Assembly: GCF_964355755.1 (NCBI RefSeq)
Contig: NC_092673.1
Coordinates: 25,851,648 to 25,915,647 of the forward strand
Reading direction: 5' to 3'
Length of the DNA: 64,000 bases
Origin: Antedon mediterranea
Lineage: Eukaryota > Animalia > Echinodermata
Position numbers and translations under genes: made by a program. Positions 39,631-53,100 of the stretch are shown in pieces. Below the pieces are notes generated by a model, which was not told the DNA's origin, did no database searches, and saw nothing but the letters and a program-made list of their open reading frames with translations. Position 1 is the first letter of the stretch, and each line of letters opens with the position of its first letter.

Positions 39631-40044
39631 TCAAGATTCATGTCTTCTTTAAATTGTAAATATCTCTATCTATGACTGGAAAATAATTAATGTTGTTTTA
39701 AATGTCAATATTATAGCTAGTGTACTGTTGCCTTTTCACAATGATAATCTAAACTCACAATCTCAAATTGTAAATATCTTCCACATTTTTTATACAATAT
39801 TGGTCTAATAAAACAAGAACATCAGTACTGGCTTTTTAACATCACTTGTCTCTACAAAACCATTTATTTATAAAAATCCCTGTAGTATAGTAAATGGATT
39901 GTTTCAGAAATGGCAAAATTTCGACCCATTTATTTGTTGACATAACTAGGTACTATGGCTCTATAAGACAACACAATATATGTGCCTATAAGGCAATATT
40001 ATTGCATAATAATTGAATTTAAAAAGTTAATATTTTGAGCATTA

Positions 40045-43000
40045 ATGTCAAAAGTGGTTATGATAGCACAATTGACATGCGCAGAACCCATTATTCGATT
40101 CTGCGCATGTTTATTATGCGATAGTAACCATTTATGTCAAAAAATAAAAGGGTCAAAAATCGGCCATTTTTCGGAAAATGGCCAATTTTCTACCTTTTTA
40201 TTTTTCGATAAAACAGGTTACTATAGCACAATTAACATGAACAGAACTCATTATTCGACTCTGCGCATGTTTATTATGCGATAGTAACCATTTATGTCAA
40301 AAGTGGTTATGATAGCACAATTGACATGCGCAGAACCCATTATTCGAGTCTGCGCATGTTTATTATGCAATAGTAACCATTTATGTCAAAAAATAAAAGG
40401 GTCGAAAATCGGCCATTTTTCAAAAATTTCCCTGTACTATAGTACAGGGATTTTTTCTAAAAATGGCAAATTTTCGACCTTTTTATTTTTCGATAAAACG
40501 GTTTACTATAGTACAATTAACATGCGCAGAACGCATTACTCGACTCTGCGCATGTTTATTATGCGATAGTAACCTTTTATGTCAAAAGTGGTTATGATAG
40601 CACAATTGACATGCGCAGAACCCATTATTCGACTCTGCGCATGTTTATTATGCAATAGTAACCATTTATGTCAACAAATAAAAGGGTCGAAAATCGGCCA
40701 TTTTTCGGAAATTTCCCTGTACTATTATAGTACAGGGATTTTTTCTAAAAATGGCCAATTTTCGATAAAACGGGTTACTATAGCACAATTAACATGTGCA
40801 GAACCCATTATTCGACTCTGCGCATGTTTATTATGCGATAGTAACCATTTATGTCAAAAGTGGTTATGGTAGCACAATTGACATGCGCAGAACCCATTAT
40901 TCGAGTCTGCGCATGTTTATTATGCCATAGTAAACATTTATGTCAAAAAATAAAAGGGTCGAAAATCGGCCATTTTTCGGAAATTTCCCTGTACTATAGT
41001 ACAGGAATTTTTTATAAAAATGGCCAATTTTCGACCTTTTTATTTTTCGATCAAACTGATTACTATAGCACAATTGACATGCGCAGAACCCACATTTCGA
41101 CTCTGCGCATGTTTATTATGCTATAGTAACCATTTATGTCAAAAGTGGTTATGATAGCACAATTGACATGCGCAGAACCCATTATTCGACTCTGCGCATG
41201 TTTATTATGCAATAGTAACCATTTATGTCAAAAAATAAAAGGGTCGAAAATCGGCCATTTTTCGGAAATATCCCTGTACTATAGTACAGGGATTTTTCTA
41301 AAAATTGCAAATTTTCTACCTTTTTATTTTTCGATAAAACGGGTTACTATAGCACAATTAACATGCGCAGAACCCATTATTCGACTCTGCGCATGTTTAT
41401 TATGCGATAGTAACCATTTATGTCAAAAGTGGTTATGATAGCACAATTGGCATGCTCAGAACCCATTATTCGACTCTGCGCATGTTTATTATGCAATAGT
41501 AACCATTTATGTCCAAAAATAAAAGGGTCGAAAATTGGCCATTTTTCGGAAATTTTCCTGTATTATAGTACAGGAATTTTTTCAAAAAATGGCCAATTTT
41601 CGACCTTTTTATTTTTCGATAAAACGGGTTACTATAGCACAATTAACATGCGCAGAACGCATTACTCGACTCTACGTATGTTTATTATGCGATAGTAACC
41701 ATTTATGTCAAAAGTGGTTATGATAGCACAATTAACATGCGCAGAACCCATTATTCGGCTCTGCGCATGTTTATTATGCAATAGTAACCATTTATGTCAA
41801 AAGTGGTTATGATAGCACAATTGGCATGCTCAGAACCCATTATTCGACTCTGCGCATGTTTATTATGCAATAGTAACCATTTATGTCCAAAAATAAAAGG
41901 GTCGAAAATCGGCCATTTTTCGGAAATTTTCCTGTATTATAGTACAGGAATTTTTTAAAAAAATTGCCAATTTTCGACCTTTTTATTTTTCGATAAAACT
42001 GATTACTATAGCACAATTAACATGCGCAGAACCCATTATTCGACTCTACGTATGTTTATTATGCGATAGTAACCTTTTATGTCAAAAGTGGTTATGATAG
42101 CACAATTGACATGCGCAGAACCCATTATTCGACTCTGCGCATGTTTATTATGCAATAGTAACCATTTATGTCAACAAATAAAAGGGTCGAAAATCGGCCA
42201 TTTTTCGGAAATTTCCCTGTACTATAGAACAGGGATTTTTTTCTAAAAATGGCCAATTTTCGATAAAACGGGTTACTATAGCACAATTAACGTGTGCAGA
42301 ACCCATTATTCGAGTCTGCGCATGTTTATTATGCGATAGTAACCATTTATGTCAAAAGTGGTTATGGTAGCACAATTGACATGCGCAGAACCCATTATTC
42401 GAGTCTGCGCATGTTTATTATGCAATAGTAACCATTTATGTCAAAAAATAAAAGGGTCGAAAATCGGCCATTTTTCGGAAATTTCCATGTACTATAGTAC
42501 AGGAATTTCTTATAAAAATGGCCAATTTTCGACCTTTTTTATTTTTCGATAAAACGGGTTACTATAGCACAATTAACATGCGCAGAACCCATTATTCGAC
42601 TCTGCGCATGTTTATTATGCTATAGTAACCATTTATGTCAAAAGTGGTTATGATAGCACAATTGACATGCGCAGAACCCATTATTCGACTCTGCGCATGT
42701 TTATTATGCAATAGTAACCATTTATGTCAACAAATAAAAGGGTCGAAAAAAGGCAATTTTTCGGAAATTTCCCTGTACATAGTACATGGATTTTTTCTAA
42801 AAATGGCCAATTTTCGACCTTTTTATTTTTCGATAAAACGGGTTACTATAGCACCTTTAACATGCGCAGAAGGCATTATTCGAATCTGCGCATGTTTATT
42901 ATGCGATAGTAACCTTTTATGTCAAAAGTGGTTATGATAGCACAATTGACATGCGCAGAACCCATTATTCGACTCTGCGCAAGTTTATTATGCGATAGTA

Positions 43001-44510
43001 ACTATTTATGTCAAAAGTGGTTATGATAGCACAATTGGCATGCTCAGAACCCATTATTTGACTCTGCGCATGTTTATTATGCAATAGTAACCATTTATGT
43101 CCAAAAATAAAAGGGTCGAAAATCAGCCATTTTTCGGAAATTTTCCTGTATTATAGTACAGGAATTTTTTCAAAAAATTGCCAATTTTCGACCTTTTTAT
43201 TTTTCGATAAAACTGATTACTATAGCACAATTAACATGCGCAGAACCCATTATTCGACTCTACGTATGTTTATTATGCGATAGTAACCTTTTATGTCAAA
43301 AGTGGTTATGATAGCCCAATTGACATGCGCAGAACCCATTATTCGACTCTGCGCATGTTTATTATGCAATAGTAACCATTTATGTCAACAAATAAAAGGG
43401 TCGAAAATCGGCCATTTTTCGGAAATTTCCCTGTACTATAGTACAGGGATTTTTTCTAAAAATGGCCAATTTTCGATAAAACGGGTTACTATAGCACAAT
43501 TAACATGCGCAGAACCCATTATTCGACTCTGCGCATGTTTATTATGCTATAGTAACCATTTATGTCAAAAGTGGTTATGATAGCACAATTGACATGCGCA
43601 GAACCCATTATTCGACTTTGCGCATGTTTATTATGCAATAGTAACCATTTATGTCAACAAATAAAAGGGTCGAAAAAAGGCAATTTTTCGGAAATTTCCC
43701 TGTACTATATATACAATTGACATGCGCAGAACCCATTATTTTACTCTGCGCATGTTTATTATGCAATAGTAACCATTTATGTCAACAAATAAAAGGGTCG
43801 AAAAAAGGCAATTTTTCGGAAATTTCCCTGTACTATAGTACAGGGATTTTTTCTAAAAATGGCCAATTTTCGACCTTTTTATTTTTCGATAAAACGGGTT
43901 ACTATAGCACAATTAACATGCGCAGAAGGCATTATTCGAATCTGCGCATGTTTATTATGCGATAGTAACCTTTTATGTCAAAAGTGGTTATGATAGCACA
44001 ATTGACATGCGCAGAACCCATTATTCGACTCTGCGCATGTTTATTATGCAATAGTAACCATTTATGTCAAAAGTGGTTATGATAGCACAATTGACATGCG
44101 CAGAACGCGTGTTTTTTTTTTCCAGGACGAACGTGGGCAGAAGTCATGAATAATTCATTACCTTAATTATTTTTATTATAAAGAATTGAAAGATAGCTGA
44201 TCTACTTCCTAAATATACTAATCCTACCCCTCTAAATAATCTCTCTCAACTATTAAAAAAAACCTCGAACCGAGGGCTTCAGCGTAATAGGTTAAAGCCT
44301 TTACCACTAGACCAAACATTTCGGTTGGCAAACGTTGTTTACACTAATTATTTAATCTCTCTCCATTCTTATACAGCGCCCTCTATAATGTTCCCTATTA
44401 TGTCATAATTAATCATGAATTATTCATGATTTCTGCCCACGTTCGTCCTGGAAAAAAAAATTACGCGCGCAGAACCCATTATTCGACTCTGCCATTTATG
44501 TCAAAATATA
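40045..44510. repeat. Higher-order satellite (~285 bp) built from 89-bp hairpin units and a ~110-bp palindrome
   Basis: Period 284-285 bp (40294/40579, 40851/41136/41420). Stem acatgcgcaga...tctgcgcatgt; palindrome centred on ccctgtactatagtacaggg. Confidence 0.95.
44106..44467. mobile_element. MITE with ~50-bp TIRs and 7-bp TSD inserted in the satellite
   Basis: cgcgt...ttccaggacgaacgtgggcagaa / ttctgcccacgttcgtcctggaa...acgcg. TSD cgcagaa at 44099-44105 and 44468-44474. An internal segment also occurs at ~27350-27410. Confidence 0.9.
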
Positions 44511-44634
44511 CGTTTACATAGCCATATTATCGCATAATAATTTAATTTTAAAAAGTCCCTGTACTATATGGCAAACTTTCAATCCATTTATTTGTTGACT
44601 AACTAGTTTCTATGGCTCTATAAGATGATGCACA

Positions 44635-47512
44635 TATTATACAAATAATGAATGTTTATGAGTGTAATGGTACAAATAATGGCATGAGGTGAATGATGAA
44701 AGGTTATATCAACGAGGCAAAGCCGAGTTGATATAACCTTTCATCATTCACCAAGTGCCATTATTTGTACCATTACACGAATATAAAACATTCATTATTT
44801 GTTTTATATTACATAGCCTATGTAAATACGCTAACGTGATTGGTTGAAACTGCATCACATGACTACCGCTGCGAGGATCGTAAATCGTATATATCCTCGA
44901 GAACGATGATATTGACTGTGTAATTTTCGCGTAATTATCGTGTCCCCTGTCATTAAACATATAGATTCTCGAGTACGATGATATTGACTGTGTAATTTTC
45001 GTGTGCCAACACTCGCGTTGCCGATAAATAAACAAAAGTCATCTACTCGATCTTGAACTCGGGTGGAATTGTCACTCCATCGCAAGACAACGTTTCATCC
45101 GCTGGGCCACGGAATTTGCTTGAAGAAATTAATCTTCTAAACTATTTAAGCTATGCATACATAGCGCCCTCATTTGTTATAAGTCCACCCTAAATGTGAT
45201 GAAACACCGTTTATGATTGGTCAATACTCACGGTAGTAACCTAGTAACTAGTACGCGCTGAACATCCGGTGATTCGAGGAGCCGACGAATTGTTTATTCG
45301 GCCTACCTGATTATAATATTATTATTAACGCTGTGGTTAGGATTCCGGCACCGGAACTCAACTGCCCACCGTTAGGGAATCCGACACGCTATTGCGCATG
45401 CCCAGAGCTCTGGGAAGTGAATTATAGCTTGCACTAATAATAGTGCCACACCACGGAGAGTCGGAGTGTTATAGGGATTTACTGTAGCCTAGATAGTCGT
45501 TGCGCGAGCGAGAGAGCGATGGATGAAACTTGGCCTATGCCATACATGAATTAATAATTAAAATATGACTACGCCACGCGTTAAAATAATTATAATGATA
45601 TTAATAAGTATCAGTATCTATCTAAGAATCGTAATGCTGTTTTTAGCGTTGCGACCCTGACTTCCCGAACAGTTTTTTCACATCCACGCGGTGGCTGCCG
45701 TCAACAAATCAACTTGTGATTGCATGTTGTATATGTACAGTATAATGCGTTATGAAAAATCATAAAACTAGTCATGTAATTATATAATTCATAATGATAT
45801 GAATTTTATATATGAATGAAGCAACCACTTTTTAATTACAAAATAAATACTATAGGCCCACTGGTCACGTAGTCTAACTGGTAGCCCTAGCCTAGAATAT
45901 AATAATATATAATAATAATTTATTTGGAAAACGCTTTTTGAACAGCGGCACACATAATAATGGTGCATCCTTAAAACAATTAAACATACAATATAAAAAA
46001 TATGAGTATAAAAATAAAGATAAACTAGATTAAAACAGATAATACTCAGATAAAACGGAAGTTCGATAAAACCAAATTAAAAATAAACTGTAATACTAAA
46101 ACCAATTAAATGCAACCCACATACATAAGCTTGGACACTAAATTAGCATATCAATTAGTATATGAACAAAGGAATATACAGTACTTAGAATCTATGTTAA
46201 GATATACACATTCTTGTGGATCCCATATTAGAAGGCATCTAGGCTAGTTCGCCGTGTGGCGCAGCTATGAAATAATCCATCGCTGTTGATAAGTATAGAG
46301 TCGCCGATTACCTCGCTCTGGGCATGCGCAATAGCGTGTCGGAATCCCTAACGCTGGGCAGTTGAGTTCCGGTGCCGGAATCCTAACCACGGCGTATTAT
46401 TAATAGGCTTATTGATGGAAATTCTTCTGTTAATTTAAACGACCTAGGCCTAAGTGAATATTTTATTGCCAAGGAATCATTAATTATTATCTGTATATTA
46501 TTCTTCGCAAGGTAAGGTGTCTAGGCAGGCTTGTTTTAAATACAATACAAATACTATAAGAAGGCCTAGCTAGCCTAGCTTCACCCAACCCAGCAGACTT
46601 GTTCTTGGCTATATAATATAACAGATATTGCCTTTTATATCAGTTAAATATATGATTTGACATCCCCTCGGGAATGATATTAAGTTCTCGGGGAATATAT
46701 ATTTCCCTCAGCTGGCGCTTCGGGAAATATATATTCCCTCGAACTTAATCATTCCCTCGGGGATGTCAAATCTTATATTTAACCTCTAAGCAGTCAATAT
46801 CTGTATAATATAACATCTAAATAGATTCCTGTCATTTGAATCAAATAGTAAAAGGTAGCCCTAGCCAAGAGGCCTACATTTCATTCACATTGATTAAAAC
46901 AGTAACATTTGGTTTTTAATATTATATTAAATGTTATATTTATATGGATTTTATATGGATAATTAGTGTTAATTATGTCAACAAACGAACAAACAATCCT
47001 AGGCCTAGCAAGGCTAAAATGCCTAGGCTAGGCCTAGCCTAATACTAACAGGCATAGCTAGGCTAGACCTAATTAAGGCCTAGTACTAGCTTGACTGAAA
47101 GACAAAACTTCGACAGACAATTGGAACTTATCTAGGCTAATTATGGTTTTTCCAAAGATTCCACGTCTTGTAGGAAGGGATGTCCCCATTAATTAATCAA
47201 AATGCTAAAAACGATCTAAAGCTAATTTAAATGCCTTTTTGAATGAAATTAGTACATATATATCTTTAAATCGTACACAAAAATCTGCTGCTGTTGTAGA
47301 TCTCGCGGTGATTTTTACAGAGGCAGGACTATAGGTGACGCAGTAATTTTCGTATAATAGATTTTTTTCATCCGCGAAACGTTTTTTGTTTCGTACACAA
47401 AAATGTTGAAAAAAGTACTATTAAACGATCATTTAATAGTGCGTACTATTGCACGCCATGTGACCCACAATCGTCCAATCAAATGACAGGAATTTATTTA
47501 GGTGTTATATAA
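44635..47512. mobile_element. Composite nested palindromic element cluster (possibly Crypton-like non-autonomous elements)
   Basis: Long hairpins at 44635-44808 and 46615-46808; TIR module at 46808-47512; inverted, deleted relative at 49445-49673. The superfamily assignment is inference. Confidence 0.65.
45328..46395. mobile_element. Non-autonomous DNA transposon with ~80-bp TIRs
   Basis: acgctgtggttaggattccggcaccggaactcaactgccc...gcccagagc mirrored at ~46315-46395. Flanked by attatta on both sides (possible 7-bp TSD in low-complexity DNA). Confidence 0.9.
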
Positions 47513-48381
47513 AAGGCAATATTACTATGGCTCTAAAATATTGACTTTTCAAACATTTCAGTTATTATTTGAAATGAAAACACAATTTGTATACGAATAT
47601 TTATTTCACAAGACATTTATAATCACAAGATTCCTTATTAAAGAAATAAAGACCCTAAATTAAAAAATTATACTTATTTAATAAATCGAAAACAGTATTT
47701 GTATTTACTGCTGTTGTAAAAATACATACATTTTTTGTGACAACATAATTTACTATACACAATATAATTTTCAATTACATTATACGATTTACATAGCAAA
47801 GTGCTATAAAGTGTACACAAAAAATGTACACTAAATATATTATATCATATAATATTTCATATTCTTATACTAATTAATGAAGTACTAAATGTCATTTTGT
47901 TTTTGTTTAAAACATAAGTAAATAGTATTCACTTGATTAAAAATGTTATCTTGTTATTAGTACTAAATAGCCAATGAGATTGTTTGTATGAAAACTGATA
48001 ATAGTAATCCATCTCAGTATTTTACATTAATAATGAAATGAAAATGCATGGTTTTGTTATAATTTGAATTTAAATATGGGATACCTTCAATACATTATTT
48101 GTATCAAATTCTTGATATATTTCTAATCTTAACTTAATATTTCAAATGTTTTAAAGAGTTAAATTTATTAATCAAGCCAATTAATAAATGATACATTTCA
48201 TATTCATAAGAGTTTAGGAATGAGTTGAATTTAGGTTCAGAATTACAGGTTAATGTACAGCAGGTTTTCAGATACTACAACAGTAACCGTAAACTGTAAT
48301 CCACACCTAGTTCAAACAATACATTTACGCCATGAGTGATTATATACTACAGTGATTTCCAATGTAAAAGAATCATGGAGC

Positions 48382-49266
48382 TAAAGCTGTCTACACTATC
48401 AAACTAGTTTGACAAAAAAAAGTGTTATATGCCCAAATATGGTAGTGATATGCACAAATGTGGTAGTGATATGACATAATCCTGTCCATATATGGGCATA
48501 TCACATAAAGTTTGATAGAGTTGACAGAGCTTAAGGGACAAAACACATAGCGATCTGTGTACAATATATAAACAACAAGTTATTCCAAACAAAATACACA
48601 ATGAACAAACACCAATGGAAGAGAAACATTACATTTGACAGAACCAAAATCCACCCAATTTCCAAGGCAATAAATTAATACAAAAATTTCTATTTAAAAA
48701 ATACTTTTTTGTACATCAACTTAAATCTGTTTACACTATCAAACTACTTTGACAAAAAGTGTGATGTGGCGAAATATGGTAGTATTATGACCAAATATGG
48801 TACTGATATGACAACCCGTGTATATTTTGTCAAAGTAATTAATTGATAGTGAAAACAGAGCTTTAGATTTATCTATTGAAGCACCAATCACATTGAGTTA
48901 GACTATAATACCATCTATGATTTTTAATAAAATAGCAAAAATGATCTAAACATATTTTCAAGAAATGTAAATCAGATCACCTGATACTCTATATCAACAT
49001 AAGTATCAGATTATGTAATATAAAGTCATATGTATCACATATGACACAGTATTGTGTTAAGGTTATGTTTATGTGATACATATTGTATGTGACATGTATT
49101 AAGCTCTATACACTAACAAACTAGTTTGACCAAAAAGTGTGATGTGCCCAAATATAGTATAAATATAGTATGCCAAAATATGGTATTGATATGACATCAT
49201 CATGTCCATATATGGTCACATCACATTTGTTTATCACATAAACTTTGATAGTGTAGACATAGCTTT
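48382..49266. mobile_element. Three MITE family A copies (48382-48533, 48720-48864, 49100-49266)
   Basis: Each has ctacactatcaaactagtttgac-like and tttgatagtgtagac-like ends. Confidence 0.85.
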
Positions 49267-50118
49267 ACACGCTACTTTACAATCTTTAATTGGCTAATCA
49301 GATCTTATGCACAATTAGGAGGAAGTTTTCTCTTGGTTAAATTGAATGACTGGAAAACTTTCTAGCAAGTCTACACCCATTCTCAACAAAATTGTAAGTA
49401 ATACAATTGACAATGGTACATACTTCATATTTATTATCTGTTATTATATAACACCTGAATAAATTTTTGTCATTTGATTGGACGATTGTGGGTCACATGG
49501 CATGAATAGCCTTAGGCTAGGCCTATCTTTTATTTGAATCAAATCAAATCTATTTAGATGTTATATAAAATGGCATTTGGTGAATGATCAAAAGTTATAT
49601 ATCAACTCGGCTTCACCTCATTCACTTCATGCTATTTGTACCAATATACTCATAAACATTCATTATTTGTATACTATAGCATTATATACATTTTAAAAGA
49701 AAATGGATTTATTTATGGGGCGTATAACAATAAACACAACATGGGCAAGATAGCTAGGGAATTGTGATACCAGCTCATACTAATTCTAGCATTTCATAAT
49801 CCAATTGCCACAAATGTACATACCAAGAACCATATTTTCAAACTTACTATAAACAAATCTTTCTCTTCAAAAGTCAGGACATATGGATTTGAAATGTATG
49901 AATTTTTCACCAGAACACAAGACAAACAAATACCTTTATTCCCAGTTAGGACACTCCACAGATGGTGCTCCTGCCAGCCGCATCATAGTATAAAAATGCT
50001 AAGTCTATTCACATAGTTCATACTACCCCAACCTCAGCACGTCAGGAATTCTTACTTGAGGTGGGACTTCACTGACGAGACTTGACATGACAATAGTAAA
50101 TGTTTTATGCAGAAACAG

Positions 50119-53100
50119 CTATTGTACTACACAACAAGAGTTCGTTTTCCGTGCCTAATAAAAGATAAACACATATATTTACTAATGACAAGTTAACGTG
50201 ATAAATTGGCCTACAAGGAAATGAAGCAAATGTATTGAAATACAATGTGTGTGTTAAAATACAATGTATGTGTTAAAATACAATGTATGTGTTAAAATAC
50301 AATGTATGTGTTAAAATACAATGTACTGTATGTGTTAAAATACAATATATGTGTTAAAATACAATGTATGTGTTAAAATACAATGAATGTGTTAAAATAC
50401 AATGTATGTGTTAAAATACAATGTATTTGTTCAAATGCAATGTATGTGTTAAAATACAATGTATGTGTTAAATAACAATGTATGTGTTAAAATACAATGT
50501 ATGTGTTAAAATACAATGTATGTGTTAAAATACAATGTATGTGTTAAATAACAATGTATTTGTTCAAATGCAATGTATTTGTTCAAATGCAATGTATTTG
50601 TTCAAATGCAATGTATGTGTTCAAATGCAATGTATGTGTTCAAATACAATGTATGTGTTCAAATACAATGTATGTGTTCAAATACAATGTATGTGTTCAA
50701 ATACAATGTATGTGTTCAAATACAATGTATGTGTTAAAATACAATGTATGTGTTAAAATACAATGAATGTGTTCAAATGCAATGTATGTGTTCAAATACA
50801 ATGTATGTGTTCAAATACAATGTATGTGTTCAAATTCAATGTATGTGTTCAAGTACAATGTATGTGTTCAAGTACAATGTATGTGTTCAAATACAATGTA
50901 TGTGTTCCAATACAATGTTTGTGTTCAAATACAATGTATGTGTTCAAATACAATGTATGTGTTCAAATGCAATGTATGTGTTCAAATACAATGTATGTGT
51001 TCAAATACAATGTTTGTGTTCAAATACAATGTATTTGTTCAAATACAATGTATGTGTTCAAATGCAATGTATGTGTTCAAATGCAATGTATGTGTTCAAA
51101 TTCAATGTATGTGTTCAAATTCAATGTATGTGTTCAAGTACAATGTATGTGTTCAAATACAATGTATGTGTTCAAATACAATGTTTGTGTTCAAATGCAA
51201 TGTATGTGTTAAAATACAATGTATGTGTTCAAATACAATGTATGTGTTCAAATGCAATGTATGTGTTCAAATACAATGTATGTGTCCAAATGCAATGTAT
51301 GTGTTCAAATACAATGTATGTGTTCAAATGCAATGTATGTGTCCAAATGCAATGTATGTGTTCAAATACAATGTATGTGTTCAAATGCAATGTATGTGTT
51401 CAAATACACTGTATGTGTTCAAATACAATGTATGTGTTCAAATACAATGTTTGTGTTCAAATACAATGTATATGTTCAAATGCAATGTATGTGTTCAAAT
51501 ACAATGTATGTGTTCAAATACAATGTATGTGTTCAATACAATGTATGTGTTAACATACAATGTATGTGTTCAAATACAATGTATGTGTTCAAATACAATG
51601 TATGTGTTCAAGTACAATGTATGTGTTCAAATATAATGTATGTGTTCAAATACAATGTTTGTGGTCAAATACAATGTATGTGTTCAAATGCAATGTATGT
51701 GTTCAAATACAATGTATGTGTTCAAATACAATGTTTGTGTTCAAATACAATGTATGTGTTCAAATGCAATGTATGTGTTCAAATACAATGTATGTGTTCA
51801 AATGCAATGTATGTGTTCAAATACAATGTATGTGTTCAAATACAATGTATGTGTTCAAATGCAATGTATGTGTTCAAATACAATGTATGTGTTCAAATGC
51901 AATGTATGTGTTCAAATACAATGTATGTACAGTATTCAAATGTACTTACGGTTTTGTAGAATGTTTTTGATTGTAAACTTAAATCATCAGATTTTGATAC
52001 TAAATCATCTAGTTTTTCACCTCTCTGTAAAACTGCTTCTATAGTGCTGTGCTAAAAAACGTAAAATATAGGCAATACTGATAAATTCGGAGAAAATGTA
52101 TTATGCAATGAGGAATTATATAAATCCAAGGGGCAATATTCGTTTGTCCGTTCTATGGGAAAGTGTCCCCTCAATGGTATTAAAGCAAGGAAGCACGTCC
52201 CAACATCCCTAGTGTTCAGTGTAATAAATTACCATTCCTAACATATACAGTATCATAGTCTACATGAACATTCTAGAATAAGATGTTTTGATTTAATAAA
52301 CCATGTATAATTAATATATCAACAATCAGCAACATTCCAAAAGTATACTATTAATAGAAACTGTAATCCAATAGAGTAAGAAGTTTAAGGAATGATCTAG
52401 AAGGTTATGAACATATTGTATATAAGGGGAAATATGACAATTGTAAGGGGGAGAAGAATTTTTGATTGAAGCATTTATTTTGAAGAAGGTTAGATATTAG
52501 ATTGTAAAAGTTATTGTGAAGCTGTTGTTTAAAGTGCTTACTGGATTGTTGAAAGTTGAAGATAAGTGAAATTAAAGCTTTGTTTTTGAGTTATTTTACA
52601 ACTTTGTGGATTTTGTGTGTGTACTTTTATGTCACAAGGGAGTTCCTAAAGTATTTTCAACCGCTCGGAAACATACGTAAAGAGAGTTCGTGACATCAGT
52701 AACGTACCATTATGATTTTAGTTTCATCTAATTCTGCTTGTACCTTTGTCATTGCATCAGCTTCCCTTGGATTCTGAAATAAAATAATTTTTTTTAATGT
52801 TAAAAATAATAATTTAACTTTTCTTAATAATGTATCAATTGATCAAGTGAATGAGGTTTAAGCTTTTTATATATACTTTTTTTTTTAATTTTTCATTAAA
52901 TCAAAATACAACAAATGTAACAAAAAATTCAATCAAGTAATAAAATAAGCGCTCAGAAACTAAATACTTGGCATTGAAGAACTCAGGATTTTAACAAGCT
53001 TTTGTAACATATCAATTTTCCTGAATATGTAATTTGTGGATGATAAATTTGGGACGATAACCTGAAAATTGTGGCTGGTATACTTAGCAAATGCTTTGTA

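Noticed and set aside
40045-43965. Repeated MSKVVMIAQLTCAEP ORFs as a peptide gene family, or a CRISPR-like array
   Set aside because: Frames shift freely between units and there are no unique spacers; this is a palindromic satellite.
50535-52044. Long Cys/Met-rich ORFs
   Set aside because: Artefacts of the 19-bp satellite, open in all three frames.
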